From: an uncultured Acidobacteriota bacterium
GTDB taxonomy: Bacteria; Acidobacteriota; UBA6911; RPQK01
Length of the DNA stretch: 64,000 bases
Reading direction: 5' to 3'
Assembly (NCBI GenBank): GCA_964421755.1
Contig: CAYQYP010000368.1
Coordinates: forward strand, 39,352 to 103,351
Shown here one piece after another: positions 39,515 to 49,112 of this stretch (positions are counted from its first letter, which is position 1; each line of letters opens with the position of its first letter). The notes beneath the pieces were generated by a model. That model did not search any database, was not told the origin of the DNA, and saw only the letters and a program-made list of their open reading frames with translations. The translations under genes were made by a program, and so were the position numbers.

Positions 39515-41134
39515 ATGAGTGCAAAACAACGGGAGCAGCCGGCAAAGTTTGGATCGGAACCCAATTCGGCACGCCTGCTCTGGACAGCTCTCTTTCTCGC
39601 CTTCGGGGCGTACGCGGCGCTGTTCATCTACAAGACCAGTTTCGTGATCGACGGCGTCAGGTACTTCTCGCTGTTTGATGACGCGATGGTGGCGATGAAG
39701 TATGGCCACAACCTCGCCGCAGGCCATGGGCTGCTTTGGAATCCCGGCGAACCGCCCGTCGAGGGAGTGACCGACCCACTCTGGGTCTTGTACATGGGCC
39801 TGCTCCACCTTCTGCCGGTATCCGTGGCAAAGCTTAGCCTCCTGGTGCAGACGACTTCAGCGGTACTTCTTTTCCTCAACTTGCTGGTTATCCGCCGAAT
39901 AGCCGAGCGAGTTACCAGTACCGGGTTTGCGGGAGCCTTCTACGCGGCCGTCCTCACAGCCTTTTACTACCCCCTGAATAACTGGTCGTTGCAGGGCATG
40001 GAGGTAGGGTTGCTGGCTCTGATCGTCAGCCTAGCCGCCCTGCTTGCACTCGCCGGACAGCGGACAACCGGTTCGCTTCACCAGTTGTACCTGCTTCTCG
40101 GTGCGGCGACCCTGGTGAGGATGGATGCGGCGGTTGTCTGTCTCTCGGTCTGTCTCTTCCTTGCTTGGAGCGAGCCCAACTGGCGGCGAAAGCACCTGCT
40201 CATCGGCCTCGGTTGGCTGCTCGCGTTCCTGGCGCTCCAAACAACCGCCCGTTGGCTCTACTACGGCGAAGTGTTGCCCAATACTTACTATCTCAAGATG
40301 GTGGGATATCCGGCATTGGGAAGAATCAAGCGCGGATTTTCCGTCGCCGGAGAGATGCTCTTTCGACTGAATCCAATCCTGATCATTGCCACGGCTTTCG
40401 TTGTATGGAAAGAGGGCCGAAAGGAACTGCGGCTACTGGCTTTTATGATCCTCGGGCAGTTTGCATACTCGGTTTACGTGGGCGGAGACGCATGGGAGAT
40501 GCTGGGCGGCGCCAACAGATATATTTGCGTGGCAATGCCACTGTTCTTTGTGTTGTTTTCACATTCTCTCTTCACGCTGGCCTCCCGGCTGAAGGACGAC
40601 CGGATCAAGCGGAGAATTCTCCTTGCTCTTGTACCGTTTGCGCTAGTTACCTTCAACTGGACAGCCGGTCGTTACTGGCTTCGCGAGTGGCTCCTGCTGA
40701 CGCCACCCACGCAGGTGACAGAGAACGCACACTGGGTAAGCGTGGCTCTCCAACTGAAAGAAATCACCGAGCCGGATGCCACTATCGCGGTTATCTGGGC
40801 GGGTTCAATCCCTTACTTCTCTGACCGAAACTGCGTAGACATGCTGGGCAAGAGCGACAAGTACATTGCCCACCTGCCGATGCGCCGTCTCCTGATGGGC
40901 TTCTACCCCGGCCACATGAAGTGGAACTACGCTTACTCGATCGGAAGACTGCGACCAGACGTGGTCGCACAGATCTGGATGAACCGCGCCGAAGCTCGTC
41001 CTTTCGTCGAAGCGTGGTACGTCCCCCTGGACACGGGACGACTCTCCGTTTCTCTTCGCAGGGATTCAACGAGAATTCGGTGGCAAAAGGTCCGGGAACT
41101 GCTGCGAACTAACCGCGCGCCCCGATCTTCTTGA
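39515..41134 (+). CDS. GT-C-fold membrane glycosyltransferase
   Basis: LFDDAMVAMKYGHNL...GLLWNPGEPPVEG.TDPLW, many TM helices, R.DA, PNTYYLK, DMLG..D. Confidence 0.75.
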   Translation: MSAKQREQPAKFGSEPNSARLLWTALFLAFGAYAALFIYKTSFVIDGVRYFSLFDDAMVAMKYGHNLAAGHGLLWNPGEPPVEGVTDPLWVLYMGLLHLLPVSVAKLSLLVQTTSAVLLFLNLLVIRRIAERVTSTGFAGAFYAAVLTAFYYPLNNWSLQGMEVGLLALIVSLAALLALAGQRTTGSLHQLYLLLGAATLVRMDAAVVCLSVCLFLAWSEPNWRRKHLLIGLGWLLAFLALQTTARWLYYGEVLPNTYYLKMVGYPALGRIKRGFSVAGEMLFRLNPILIIATAFVVWKEGRKELRLLAFMILGQFAYSVYVGGDAWEMLGGANRYICVAMPLFFVLFSHSLFTLASRLKDDRIKRRILLALVPFALVTFNWTAGRYWLREWLLLTPPTQVTENAHWVSVALQLKEITEPDATIAVIWAGSIPYFSDRNCVDMLGKSDKYIAHLPMRRLLMGFYPGHMKWNYAYSIGRLRPDVVAQIWMNRAEARPFVEAWYVPLDTGRLSVSLRRDSTRIRWQKVRELLRTNRAPRSS

Positions 41135-41840
41135 GCGCCCCATCGCGCGTCAGGAAAAAGCCTTCGGGCAGCGTCTCCTCAACCTTCGGCCGATAGCCCC
41201 GCACGCTCCATCCCAGTTCGGACAGCCGATCGAGGATGTGGGCCTTGATCCGCGGGCGTTCGAGCGACGCGAGATAGCATTCGAGAATCAGGTTCCGGCT
41301 CTCCTCGTCATCCAGCTTGAACAGGTAATCCAGGGCGGCCAGCAGGACGTCGTCGTCTTCGTGCTCCAAAAACAGTTCGATCGTCTTGCGCAGGGTTGGG
41401 GAGTGCAGGGAGTCGGACAGGCGTATGAGCTGCGCGGTCGGATCCGAGCTGGCAGGCGGGTTGTCCCACTGGTACTTCAGGATTTCTTCAGTTTTTTCCG
41501 CTAACTGCTCGGCACCGAGATAGGACTGCAGTGCCCGGAAAGGCCAGTAAACTTGCCTTTGCCGTTTCAGGAAACGCACGATCGGGGGCACGGCTCGATC
41601 TCCCATCTGAATGAGCCAGGAAAGGACCTCTTCTTTTTCCTCCTCGTCCTGCCGGGAAGGCGACGCCGCAATCGAGAAGCGGTCAAGAAGCGCGAGAATC
41701 GATTCTTCGGTTCCCATATCGCGCAGTTTCCGCGCGGCATTGATCCGGTTAGCCGGATCTCCATGGGGTTCCTTGACCTTCTTGCGAAGCCGTTCGATTT
41801 GCTGTTGGGGTGACGGGCGGAAGAATGAGAGCAGGTCCAT
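41109..41840 (-). CDS. HEAT-repeat protein
   Basis: Alpha-helical repeats (RINAARKL, LALLDRF, VPPIVRFL, DDVLLAAL). Confidence 0.7.
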   Translation of the reverse strand: MDLLSFFRPSPQQQIERLRKKVKEPHGDPANRINAARKLRDMGTEESILALLDRFSIAASPSRQDEEEKEEVLSWLIQMGDRAVPPIVRFLKRQRQVYWPFRALQSYLGAEQLAEKTEEILKYQWDNPPASSDPTAQLIRLSDSLHSPTLRKTIELFLEHEDDDVLLAALDYLFKLDDEESRNLILECYLASLERPRIKAHILDRLSELGWSVRGYRPKVEETLPEGFFLTRDGALKKIGARG

Positions 41841-41915
41841 GTTCTAGTCCGGCAGTATACACCTTAAACGCCCCAAGAGTCAGCGGTTAGCGGACCGGGG
41901 TGTTATCCTGACTCT

Positions 41916-42902
41916 ATGAAAGCGATCATAATTAAGGAGTTCGGTGGTCCGGAAGTCCTCGCGCCTGCCGATATCCCCGAACCGGAGTTGGGGCTGGACG
42001 ACCTGCTCGTGCAGGTCAAAGCAACCGCGGTAAACCGGGCGGACCTTCTGCAGCGACAGGGCCGGTATCCCGCGCCTCCGGGCACACGGAGCGACGTCCC
42101 CGGACTGGAGTTCGCCGGCACCGTCGAGGCCACCGGGACACGCCAGATCCGGTATCAACGAGGGCAAAGGGTCATGGGACTCTTGCCGGGTGGTGGCTAT
42201 GCCGAACGAGTTGTTGTCCATGCCGATCTGGCTATCCCGATCCCTGACCGCCTGACCTTCGAGCAGGCCGCAGCGGTGCCCGAAGCCTACGCAACCGCGT
42301 ACGATGCCCTGTTTCTGCAGATGGGTCTTTCGGTGGGCGAATCAGTTCTCATTCACGCCGTTGGAAGCGGAGTGGGAGTCGCGGCCCTTCAGATGGCAAA
42401 ACAGGCGGGCGCAACGGTCTTCGGCACAGCGGGGTCTGATGAAAAACTCAAGAAAGCAGGCGATCTCGGACTGGATTTCGGCATCAACTACCGAACCGGG
42501 GATTTCGAACAGACGATAACCGAGCGGACGGGCAAGCGGGGAGTTGAAGTCATCCTGGACCTGGTCGGTGCAGCCCACTGGCCGAAAAACCTCACCTCGC
42601 TGGCAATCGGCGGAAGGATGATCGTGGTCGGGCTGACCGGAGGCGCAAAAGCCGAAACCAATCTCGCCGTCATCCTCAACAGACGGCTGAAAGTCGTTGG
42701 GACGGTTCTTCGTTCCCGGTCACTGCACGAGAAGATGAAGGTCACCGCCGCCTTCGAACGCCAGATAGTTCCGCTCCTCGCCTCGGGTGCCATGGAGCCT
42801 ATCATCGATCGCGTCTACAACCTGGAGCAGGCCGCGGAAGCGCATGACTACGTGAGCAAAAACCTGAATTTCGGGAAGGTGGTGCTCCGGGTGGGCAGCT
42901 GA
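41916..42902 (+). CDS. NAD(P)H:quinone oxidoreductase, PIG3/zeta-crystallin family
   Basis: VNRADLLQRQG.YP, GLEFAG, GGGYAE, HAVGSGVG, FGKVVL. Confidence 0.92.
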   Translation: MKAIIIKEFGGPEVLAPADIPEPELGLDDLLVQVKATAVNRADLLQRQGRYPAPPGTRSDVPGLEFAGTVEATGTRQIRYQRGQRVMGLLPGGGYAERVVVHADLAIPIPDRLTFEQAAAVPEAYATAYDALFLQMGLSVGESVLIHAVGSGVGVAALQMAKQAGATVFGTAGSDEKLKKAGDLGLDFGINYRTGDFEQTITERTGKRGVEVILDLVGAAHWPKNLTSLAIGGRMIVVGLTGGAKAETNLAVILNRRLKVVGTVLRSRSLHEKMKVTAAFERQIVPLLASGAMEPIIDRVYNLEQAAEAHDYVSKNLNFGKVVLRVGS

Positions 42903-43036
42903 CCGGCTGACCAGCTGACCGGCTAATGGTGGACAGCGTGGACAATGTGGACTCAGTCGACCCAAAACTAATTGTGCACAGGTCCACAGTCTAGAAGTCA
43001 GCAGGTCAGCTGGTCAGCCGGTCAGCTGGTTAGCTG
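42898..43036. repeat. Nested element: 8-mer GCTGACC(A/G) inverted arrays enclosing a 9-mer TGGAC/GTCCA element
   Basis: GCTGACC units at 42898-42921, TGGAC at 42930/39/48, GTCCACA at 42982, GTCAGC units at 42997-43036. Confidence 0.85.
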
Positions 43037-44427
43037 TTTCGCTCCAGCAGCGCGACGGTCTCGATATGGTAGGTCTGGGGAAACATGTCCACCGGCTGGA
43101 CCCGAGCAACGCGGTACGATGCGCTGAGGATCTTGAGGTCCCGTGCCTGGGTTGCCGGGTTGCAGCTTACGTACACGACTCTTGGCGCCTTCAATTCCTC
43201 AATTGTGCGATACAGCTCGGGATGAAGGCCCGACCTCGGGGGATCGAGAACCACCAGATCGGGCGCGATTCCCCGCTGACGGACAATCTCCAATGCAGCC
43301 GTCGCGTCGGCGGCGGCGAAATCACAGTTGACGATATTGTTGCGGCGCGCGTTGGCACGGGCAAGCTCGACCGACGGGGTGTGGTTTTCGACGCCGAGAA
43401 CCGACCGTGCCCGCGCGGCGATGGACAGCGCTATGCCTCCGGTCCCGCAATATAGATCAAGCACCGACTGACTGCCGTTCAGCGACGAAAACTCCGCCAC
43501 CGCCTCGTACAGTTTGGCCGCCTGTTCGGTGTTCGGCTGGAAAAACGTCGTGGGCCCGATCGTAAAACTAATCTGACCAATGCTATCGGAGATTGCCCCG
43601 GTGCCGTGGAAAATCACCTGCGCTCCGACCGGCGATGGCGAACGGGTAGTGTTGACGATGTTCACAAAAGTCGAGATTTTAGGAAAACAGCCGACCAGGA
43701 GTTCCTTGATCTCTTCCATCCTGTCCGGCGCGCTGGCACTGGTCACGAGGGCGACCATGACCTCTCCGGTGGCGCGCGAGTTGCGGATGATCAGGTTGCG
43801 AAGGAACCCGCTACGTTGCCTGGTGTCGTACGCGCTCCAGTTGCGGGCCCGAGCCAACCGCCTCACCTGGTTGACGATCTCGGCCGAAGGCGGTTCCTGG
43901 AGATGACAGATTTCGAGATCCAGGACTTTGTCGAAGCGTTCAGGGACGTGCAGGCCGAGCGCTACCGCCTTCTCAATCGGCTGCCCGGATGCGATCTCTT
44001 CTCGGGTCAGCCACCGCCCGGGCGAAAAAGTGAACTCCATCTTGTTGCGGTAGTAGTAGATCGCTTGGGCCCCGAGGACCGGAAGGACCTCCACGTCGGT
44101 AAGCCCGCCGATGCGGCGAAACAGATCGTCAACGTGCTGTCTCTTGAATTCAAGTTGAGCCGCGTAGTCGACATTCTGCCAACTGCAGCCGCCGCAGGTG
44201 CCGAAATACGGACAGCGCGCCTGTACACGAGCCGGAGACGAGCGTAACAGGTCCACCAGCTCGGCTTCGGCGTGCCGCCGCTTCTTTTTCGAGATACGCG
44301 CCATGATGCGGTCGCCGGGGACCGCGCCTCGCACAAAGACCACGAAGTCGCCCACATGGGCGACACTCAGCCCCTCGAACGCGGCAGATTCAATCTCGAG
44401 TTCCAGCAAATCGCCCTTCGCGACCAT
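43030..44427 (-). CDS. rlmD: 23S rRNA m5U1939 methyltransferase
   Basis: TRAM domain, CPYFGTCGGC, YYRNK, FFQPN, DLYCGTG, DPPRSG, YVSCNP, DMFPQT. Confidence 0.93.
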   Translation of the reverse strand: MVAKGDLLELEIESAAFEGLSVAHVGDFVVFVRGAVPGDRIMARISKKKRRHAEAELVDLLRSSPARVQARCPYFGTCGGCSWQNVDYAAQLEFKRQHVDDLFRRIGGLTDVEVLPVLGAQAIYYYRNKMEFTFSPGRWLTREEIASGQPIEKAVALGLHVPERFDKVLDLEICHLQEPPSAEIVNQVRRLARARNWSAYDTRQRSGFLRNLIIRNSRATGEVMVALVTSASAPDRMEEIKELLVGCFPKISTFVNIVNTTRSPSPVGAQVIFHGTGAISDSIGQISFTIGPTTFFQPNTEQAAKLYEAVAEFSSLNGSQSVLDLYCGTGGIALSIAARARSVLGVENHTPSVELARANARRNNIVNCDFAAADATAALEIVRQRGIAPDLVVLDPPRSGLHPELYRTIEELKAPRVVYVSCNPATQARDLKILSASYRVARVQPVDMFPQTYHIETVALLERNS

Positions 44428-44525
44428 CCAACGATGATACCAGACGACCGCGGAATTCCCGGTTAACTCGGCGCCGGCCTTTGCCGTAAGATGTGGGTAG
44501 GCAAGTCTACTAGAGGAGGATAGCT

Positions 44526-45413
44526 ATGGGTTCAGCCGGAGTGAACAGGCGGGAGTTTCTGCGAACCTCAACGGTTGCCGCCGCGGTGGCGCCACTAATC
44601 AGTCGAAATGCCGCGGCAGCTGGTGCGGGTGAGATCAAAAAAGCCGTCTTGATCGGGATGCTTCCCAAGCAGCTCAGCTACCTGGAGCGTTTCACCCTCG
44701 CGAAGCGGGTCGGGTTCGAGGGTCTGGAGACCCAGACAGTCACCGAGCCGGGCATCGTGCAGGAAATTAAGGAAGCGGCCGCACAGGCTGGGTTGAAGAT
44801 CCATTCAGTGATGAACATGGACCACTGGAAGTATCCGCTCTCGAGTGCCGACCCCAAGGTTGTGGATCAGAGCGTCAAGGGGATGGAGACCTCGCTCCGA
44901 AACGCCAAAGACTGGGGCGCGGACGTCGTGCTTCTGGTGCCTGCGGTCGTCAACCCGGAAACCAGCTATAAGGACGCGTACACTCGGTCGCAGAAGCGAG
45001 TCAGAGACATGATCCCCCTCGCCAAAGAGCTCGGGGTGGTGATCGGGATTGAAGAGGTATGGAACAAGTTCCTACTCAGCCCGATCGAGTTTGCCCGGTA
45101 TATAGACGAGCTCGACAGCCCATGGGTGAAAGCCTATTTCGACGTGGGGAACGTCGTGCTGTTCGGGTATCCGGAAGACTGGATTCGAACACTCGGCAAA
45201 CGGATCGTCAAGCTGCACCTGAAAGACTTCAAATCCGAAACGAAGCAGTTCGTCCCGCTACGGGAAGGAAGTGTGAACTGGGTGCAGGTCCGAAAGGCGA
45301 TTGACGAGGTGGGCTTCAAGGGCTTTGCAACCGTGGAGCTCGAGGGCGGCGACGAGGCGTATCTTCGCGAAGTGAGCGCCCGCGTCGACAAAATAATCGC
45401 TGGCGCCAGCTAA
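44526..45413 (+). CDS. Tat-exported xylose-isomerase-like TIM-barrel sugar isomerase/epimerase
   Basis: NRREFL twin-arginine signal; IEEVWNKFL, YFDVGN, HLKDF, EGSVNW; GAGGAGG RBS. Confidence 0.85.
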   Translation: MGSAGVNRREFLRTSTVAAAVAPLISRNAAAAGAGEIKKAVLIGMLPKQLSYLERFTLAKRVGFEGLETQTVTEPGIVQEIKEAAAQAGLKIHSVMNMDHWKYPLSSADPKVVDQSVKGMETSLRNAKDWGADVVLLVPAVVNPETSYKDAYTRSQKRVRDMIPLAKELGVVIGIEEVWNKFLLSPIEFARYIDELDSPWVKAYFDVGNVVLFGYPEDWIRTLGKRIVKLHLKDFKSETKQFVPLREGSVNWVQVRKAIDEVGFKGFATVELEGGDEAYLREVSARVDKIIAGAS

Positions 45414-45424
45414 GAAAAAGAACC

Positions 45425-45490
45425 GACAGGATTAACACGATTCACAGGATTCGCAGGATTCAAAATCCTGTTAATCCTGTGAATCCTGTC
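45425..45490. repeat. 9-mer ACAGGATT/AATCCTGT inverted tandem repeat
   Basis: Four units at 45426-45461 and three inverse units at 45464-45490. Confidence 0.88.
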
Positions 45491-45629
45491 CACTCTCTTT
45501 GTTTTTGCCTGCCTCCGGCAGGCGACAACTGTTCGACATTCACGTTTGAACGCCAAACCGCGGCAGCACCCAACGCATCAGGATGAGATAGACGACCAGA
45601 AAAGCAATAACAATAATAAAGTCCATGGT

Positions 45630-46247
45630 TTACTGCACCCACTTCTGGAGCTCGGCCTTCAGGACTGCGGTGTCCCATTTGACACCGATCTTAAGATCTC
45701 TCGCCTGCATAAATAGGGTCGGTTCCGGTGGCTGCTCCCGCCACTGCAGGTGCGGTTTATACATGACCAGCATGTCCCACGCGAATTCCTCCGGCGGCGA
45801 GTATTTCAACTGGTCCGTGAGAACCTTGCTGGTGAATCTCCACAGATCCCAGTAATGCTCGGCTCGCGGATCCGGAAGATAGGCGGACGCTTCGACTGCA
45901 CGAAGGCGCGTGTCAGCACCCATGATCGGCGTCCACATGACGAATACCTTGACCTTTGCTTGCGGTAACTGGTTCAGAACTGATCGAATTTCGGAGGCCC
46001 CCCGAACACAGTGCGGTCAAGTCGGGGCTAAGATCGTCACGATCCGGGCACGGTCCGCCGAAGCGTTGAACGAGCTGATGAACTCAGCACCATTGAAGGC
46101 GAGCGACGAAACGACCTGCGGCTGACCGGGAGGCAGCATCTCGGGCACTTGCTGTTTGGGTGCCTCCAGTTTCGGGCGCGCAGGAACTTGTTGTGGAACT
46201 GCCTGGGGGAGCAACAACATCAGTAAGAGCGAGAACACCCATTCCAT
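45630..46247 (-). CDS. Secreted thioredoxin-fold selenoprotein (UxxC), about 205 aa with Sec at codon 77
   Basis: ORFs 46017..46295 and 45630..45938 are in frame across TGA 46019-46017, giving ILAPT-U-PHC-VRGA; signal peptide; SECIS-like hairpin follows. Confidence 0.85.
45990..46006 (-). promoter_or_regulatory. Bacterial SECIS-like hairpin
   Basis: UUCGGG-GGGCC-UCCGAA, with a G-first loop starting 17 nt after the UGA. Confidence 0.65.
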
Positions 46248-46288
46248 AGTCGTTAAAGATATCGGAAGCGGTCGGAGAGTTGCAACCT

Positions 46289-49006
46289 CTACCAAGCCGG
46301 CCCGAAGAATACGGCGTTCAACACCAGCAGATGCAATCCATCACAGAATGCCCGGAAACTCGGATCCTCTGAAAAGGCCACCACGTGACCGGATCCAAGC
46401 GGCTGATGGATGAGATAGGCCTTTTCCGCCAGCTGCCTGGTGGACTCAGGCCAGCTGTAGCCTGACAGCAGCAGTTTGTCCTCGGGCATGTACAGGCCTA
46501 CGTTTTGGCCCTTGTCGAGCTTGATCGGGGTAAAGATGTTCCGGCTCTGGACCAGGACGTTCGCGTCCCCATCGTAACCGAAAGCGAGCCAGTGCTCCGT
46601 GTCCAGCTTTACCCGCAGTATGGCCCCCGGCGTCACTTCGGGTAGTTCCTTTTCTGGTTGAATAGCCTTTTCCAGATCGAACGGTCGGCTTTCGGGCGGC
46701 TGTTTCTGGGCCTCCGGAGCCTTGCCATCCGCGTCAACCGGTTCTTTGGCGGGTTCGGCCGGGCGTTTTTCACCGCTACTTCCTCGAAATTCTCTCGAGC
46801 TGGCCAGCAGATCAACCTTCTCTTCGGTCAACCAGCGAGTCGCTTCCCCCATGGTTACAAGCGTTCCACCCGCCGAAATCCAGTCCTTGAGTCTGCGCAC
46901 CGCCTCGTCTCCGAAAATCGCAGAATAGCCGGCCCGCGAATCCGGGAGTACCAGCACGTCGTACTTTTGCAGCCGCGCGTTGCGAAGGCCCTGCGCATGC
47001 ACGATGGTGACAGGAACGGCGTACACCTGCTCGAGGAGGAATCGCAGTGCCCCGGCCGAAGCCGATGACGTCGGGGTGTTGTAGGCGAGCAGGACTTTGG
47101 GTTTCTTGACGTACTGTACGTGTCCGCTGCCGAAATTGATGCCTTGGTCAACCCATCCGGTGTCGGTTGAGTAGATATCCACGCCGCATTCCGAGCTGAC
47201 CTGCCCCATCAGGTCGTGCAGCTTGTCGGGGTTGCCGTTCACCTTTACGATAAGCGTTCCAGCCGGAAAGCTGGTCGCCCTCTGAACGAACGACTTGCCG
47301 GCTGAATAGACGCGCACATCTTCGGCGAGCAACCGGGAGAGCGCGCGTGCCGAGGAATCACCCGTCCAGGGGATGAGGTATGCCAGGGTGGCTTTGCCAC
47401 CGATCACCTTGCCTTGGTATCGAGGCGCAGCCGCAAGGATTTCCAAACGGGCTTTCGTTTCCTCTTCGGCTGCGAAGCAGTCAACGTCGTAGAGGAGAGG
47501 CAGTGACCAGGCGGTTATGTCATAGAATTCGTCGTCCAGGCGCTTCTTCCTGCGACGTTCCTGTTCCTTTATGAAATCCGCTTCGATTACCGTGTGCCTG
47601 GACAAAAGCGTGGATGCCAGCGCTTTGGCTGGCTGGGCCAGGGACACCACGTAGCTGCCTGCTGGGAACTCGCGAGCTTGCAGGGAGTCTCCGTAGAAAT
47701 CCTTCACTTTGGAATTCTTGAACGGCTCCTCCGCGCGTTTGACCTCGACGCCCTGAGCTATCAAATTCGCGGCCAGCTTCGCTGCCCGGGAAGGGTTCCT
47801 TTGCGGATCGATTATGTACTCGAGCACGGGCCCTTTTCTGCCCGATTCGATTGCTCCCTGGCGCGTGGCATGAAAGTACTTCAGCAGTTCCAGGCGATTC
47901 TTTGCAGCCGTCTCGACGGTTGCGAGCGAGGCAATGAAATGATGCTGGATCGCCTCGCGGTAATGGAGCAGTGTTTCGTCCTCTTTGCGCACGAGCAACC
48001 CTCGGGTCGACGCCTGCTCGAAGGTCATCCCGATGGACCCGTGAAACATGGGCCACCCTTCCCCGTACCCCGGGTAGAAGGAATCGAATACTTCCCGAGT
48101 GAAGTAATCGAAGTGCATTTTGTCGAACCACGCAGCGTTGTTCTTGCCGAACTGAACAAGCCAGTGGTTTTGCTCGCTGGTGAACTCAGGATTGAGCGGA
48201 GGCGCCGGGGGCGCGAAATAATACGTCGAGTCGGCCCCCATCTCGTGTAAGTCGACAAAGACCTGCGGGAACCAGGACAGATAGGCTTTCACACGCCCCT
48301 GGGTCTCAGGCTGCGTCAGTGCGAACCAATCCCGGTTCATGTCGAACAGGTAATGATTGGACCGTCCGCCAGGCCACGGTTCGTTGTGCTCGGCCGCTTC
48401 CTGGCTTTCATCCGGCCAGCGCCCGCGCGTCTGCCTGAAATAGCTGACGAACCGTTCGCGGCCGTCCGGGTTCTGAAGGGGATCGACAATGACAACGGCA
48501 TTTTCAAGGGCCAGTTGAGCCAGGGGATCGTCCTTGGCCGCGACGAGATGATAGACAGTAAGAAGTGCCGCCTCGGGGCTCGAGATCTCGTTCCCGTGAA
48601 CGCCGTAGCCCAACCACACGCAGACGGGCAGGGATTTGAGCAGTCTGTCCGCCTCACCTGAGGACAGCCGGTCCGGCCGGGCGAGCTTTTGAAGCCCTTC
48701 TTGTATTTGCGCCACCCGACCGATATTGGCCTGCGATGAAACGACGATATAGTGCAGGGGACGCTTCTCCCACGTCTCGCCGTACTTGACCAACTGCACT
48801 CGAGGCGAGGCTTTTGCCAGGGCCGCCATGTACGTCTCAATGCCTCGAGGATCCGTGATGTCTTCGCCCCAATCGTAGCCCATCACCTGCTTGAGCGTTG
48901 GAATGGAAGGGTCGTAGGAGGTCCCGGGGTAAAAATCAAAGCCGACAGCCTGATGGGTCAGCAGGCCGAACCATATCGCAAGCAGCAACGGGATTCTTGT
49001 TCGCAT
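46289..49006 (-). CDS. Secreted M14 zinc carboxypeptidase with a C-terminal GATase-like domain
   Basis: Signal peptide; GVHGNE, RSNHYLFDMNRDW, VDLHEMG. Confidence 0.88.
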   Translation of the reverse strand: MRTRIPLLLAIWFGLLTHQAVGFDFYPGTSYDPSIPTLKQVMGYDWGEDITDPRGIETYMAALAKASPRVQLVKYGETWEKRPLHYIVVSSQANIGRVAQIQEGLQKLARPDRLSSGEADRLLKSLPVCVWLGYGVHGNEISSPEAALLTVYHLVAAKDDPLAQLALENAVVIVDPLQNPDGRERFVSYFRQTRGRWPDESQEAAEHNEPWPGGRSNHYLFDMNRDWFALTQPETQGRVKAYLSWFPQVFVDLHEMGADSTYYFAPPAPPLNPEFTSEQNHWLVQFGKNNAAWFDKMHFDYFTREVFDSFYPGYGEGWPMFHGSIGMTFEQASTRGLLVRKEDETLLHYREAIQHHFIASLATVETAAKNRLELLKYFHATRQGAIESGRKGPVLEYIIDPQRNPSRAAKLAANLIAQGVEVKRAEEPFKNSKVKDFYGDSLQAREFPAGSYVVSLAQPAKALASTLLSRHTVIEADFIKEQERRRKKRLDDEFYDITAWSLPLLYDVDCFAAEEETKARLEILAAAPRYQGKVIGGKATLAYLIPWTGDSSARALSRLLAEDVRVYSAGKSFVQRATSFPAGTLIVKVNGNPDKLHDLMGQVSSECGVDIYSTDTGWVDQGINFGSGHVQYVKKPKVLLAYNTPTSSASAGALRFLLEQVYAVPVTIVHAQGLRNARLQKYDVLVLPDSRAGYSAIFGDEAVRRLKDWISAGGTLVTMGEATRWLTEEKVDLLASSREFRGSSGEKRPAEPAKEPVDADGKAPEAQKQPPESRPFDLEKAIQPEKELPEVTPGAILRVKLDTEHWLAFGYDGDANVLVQSRNIFTPIKLDKGQNVGLYMPEDKLLLSGYSWPESTRQLAEKAYLIHQPLGSGHVVAFSEDPSFRAFCDGLHLLVLNAVFFGPAW

Positions 49007-49090
49007 AGGCAGCAGGAGTCTAGCGGCTACGAGCGCCGATTTCAACAACTGCGCCTGCTTTGGCCCCTTAGAGGTTTCATCCGAAAAGCG

Positions 49091-49112
49091 ATATGATTCG
49101 GTTGAATCATAT
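49091..49112. promoter_or_regulatory. 22-bp palindrome, candidate transcription-factor operator
   Basis: ATATGATTC-GGTT-GAATCATAT between divergent genes. Confidence 0.4.

Noticed and set aside
45425-45490. Possible CRISPR arrays in the periodic repeats
   Set aside because: Units are 7-9 bp and contiguous, with no unique spacers and no cas genes.
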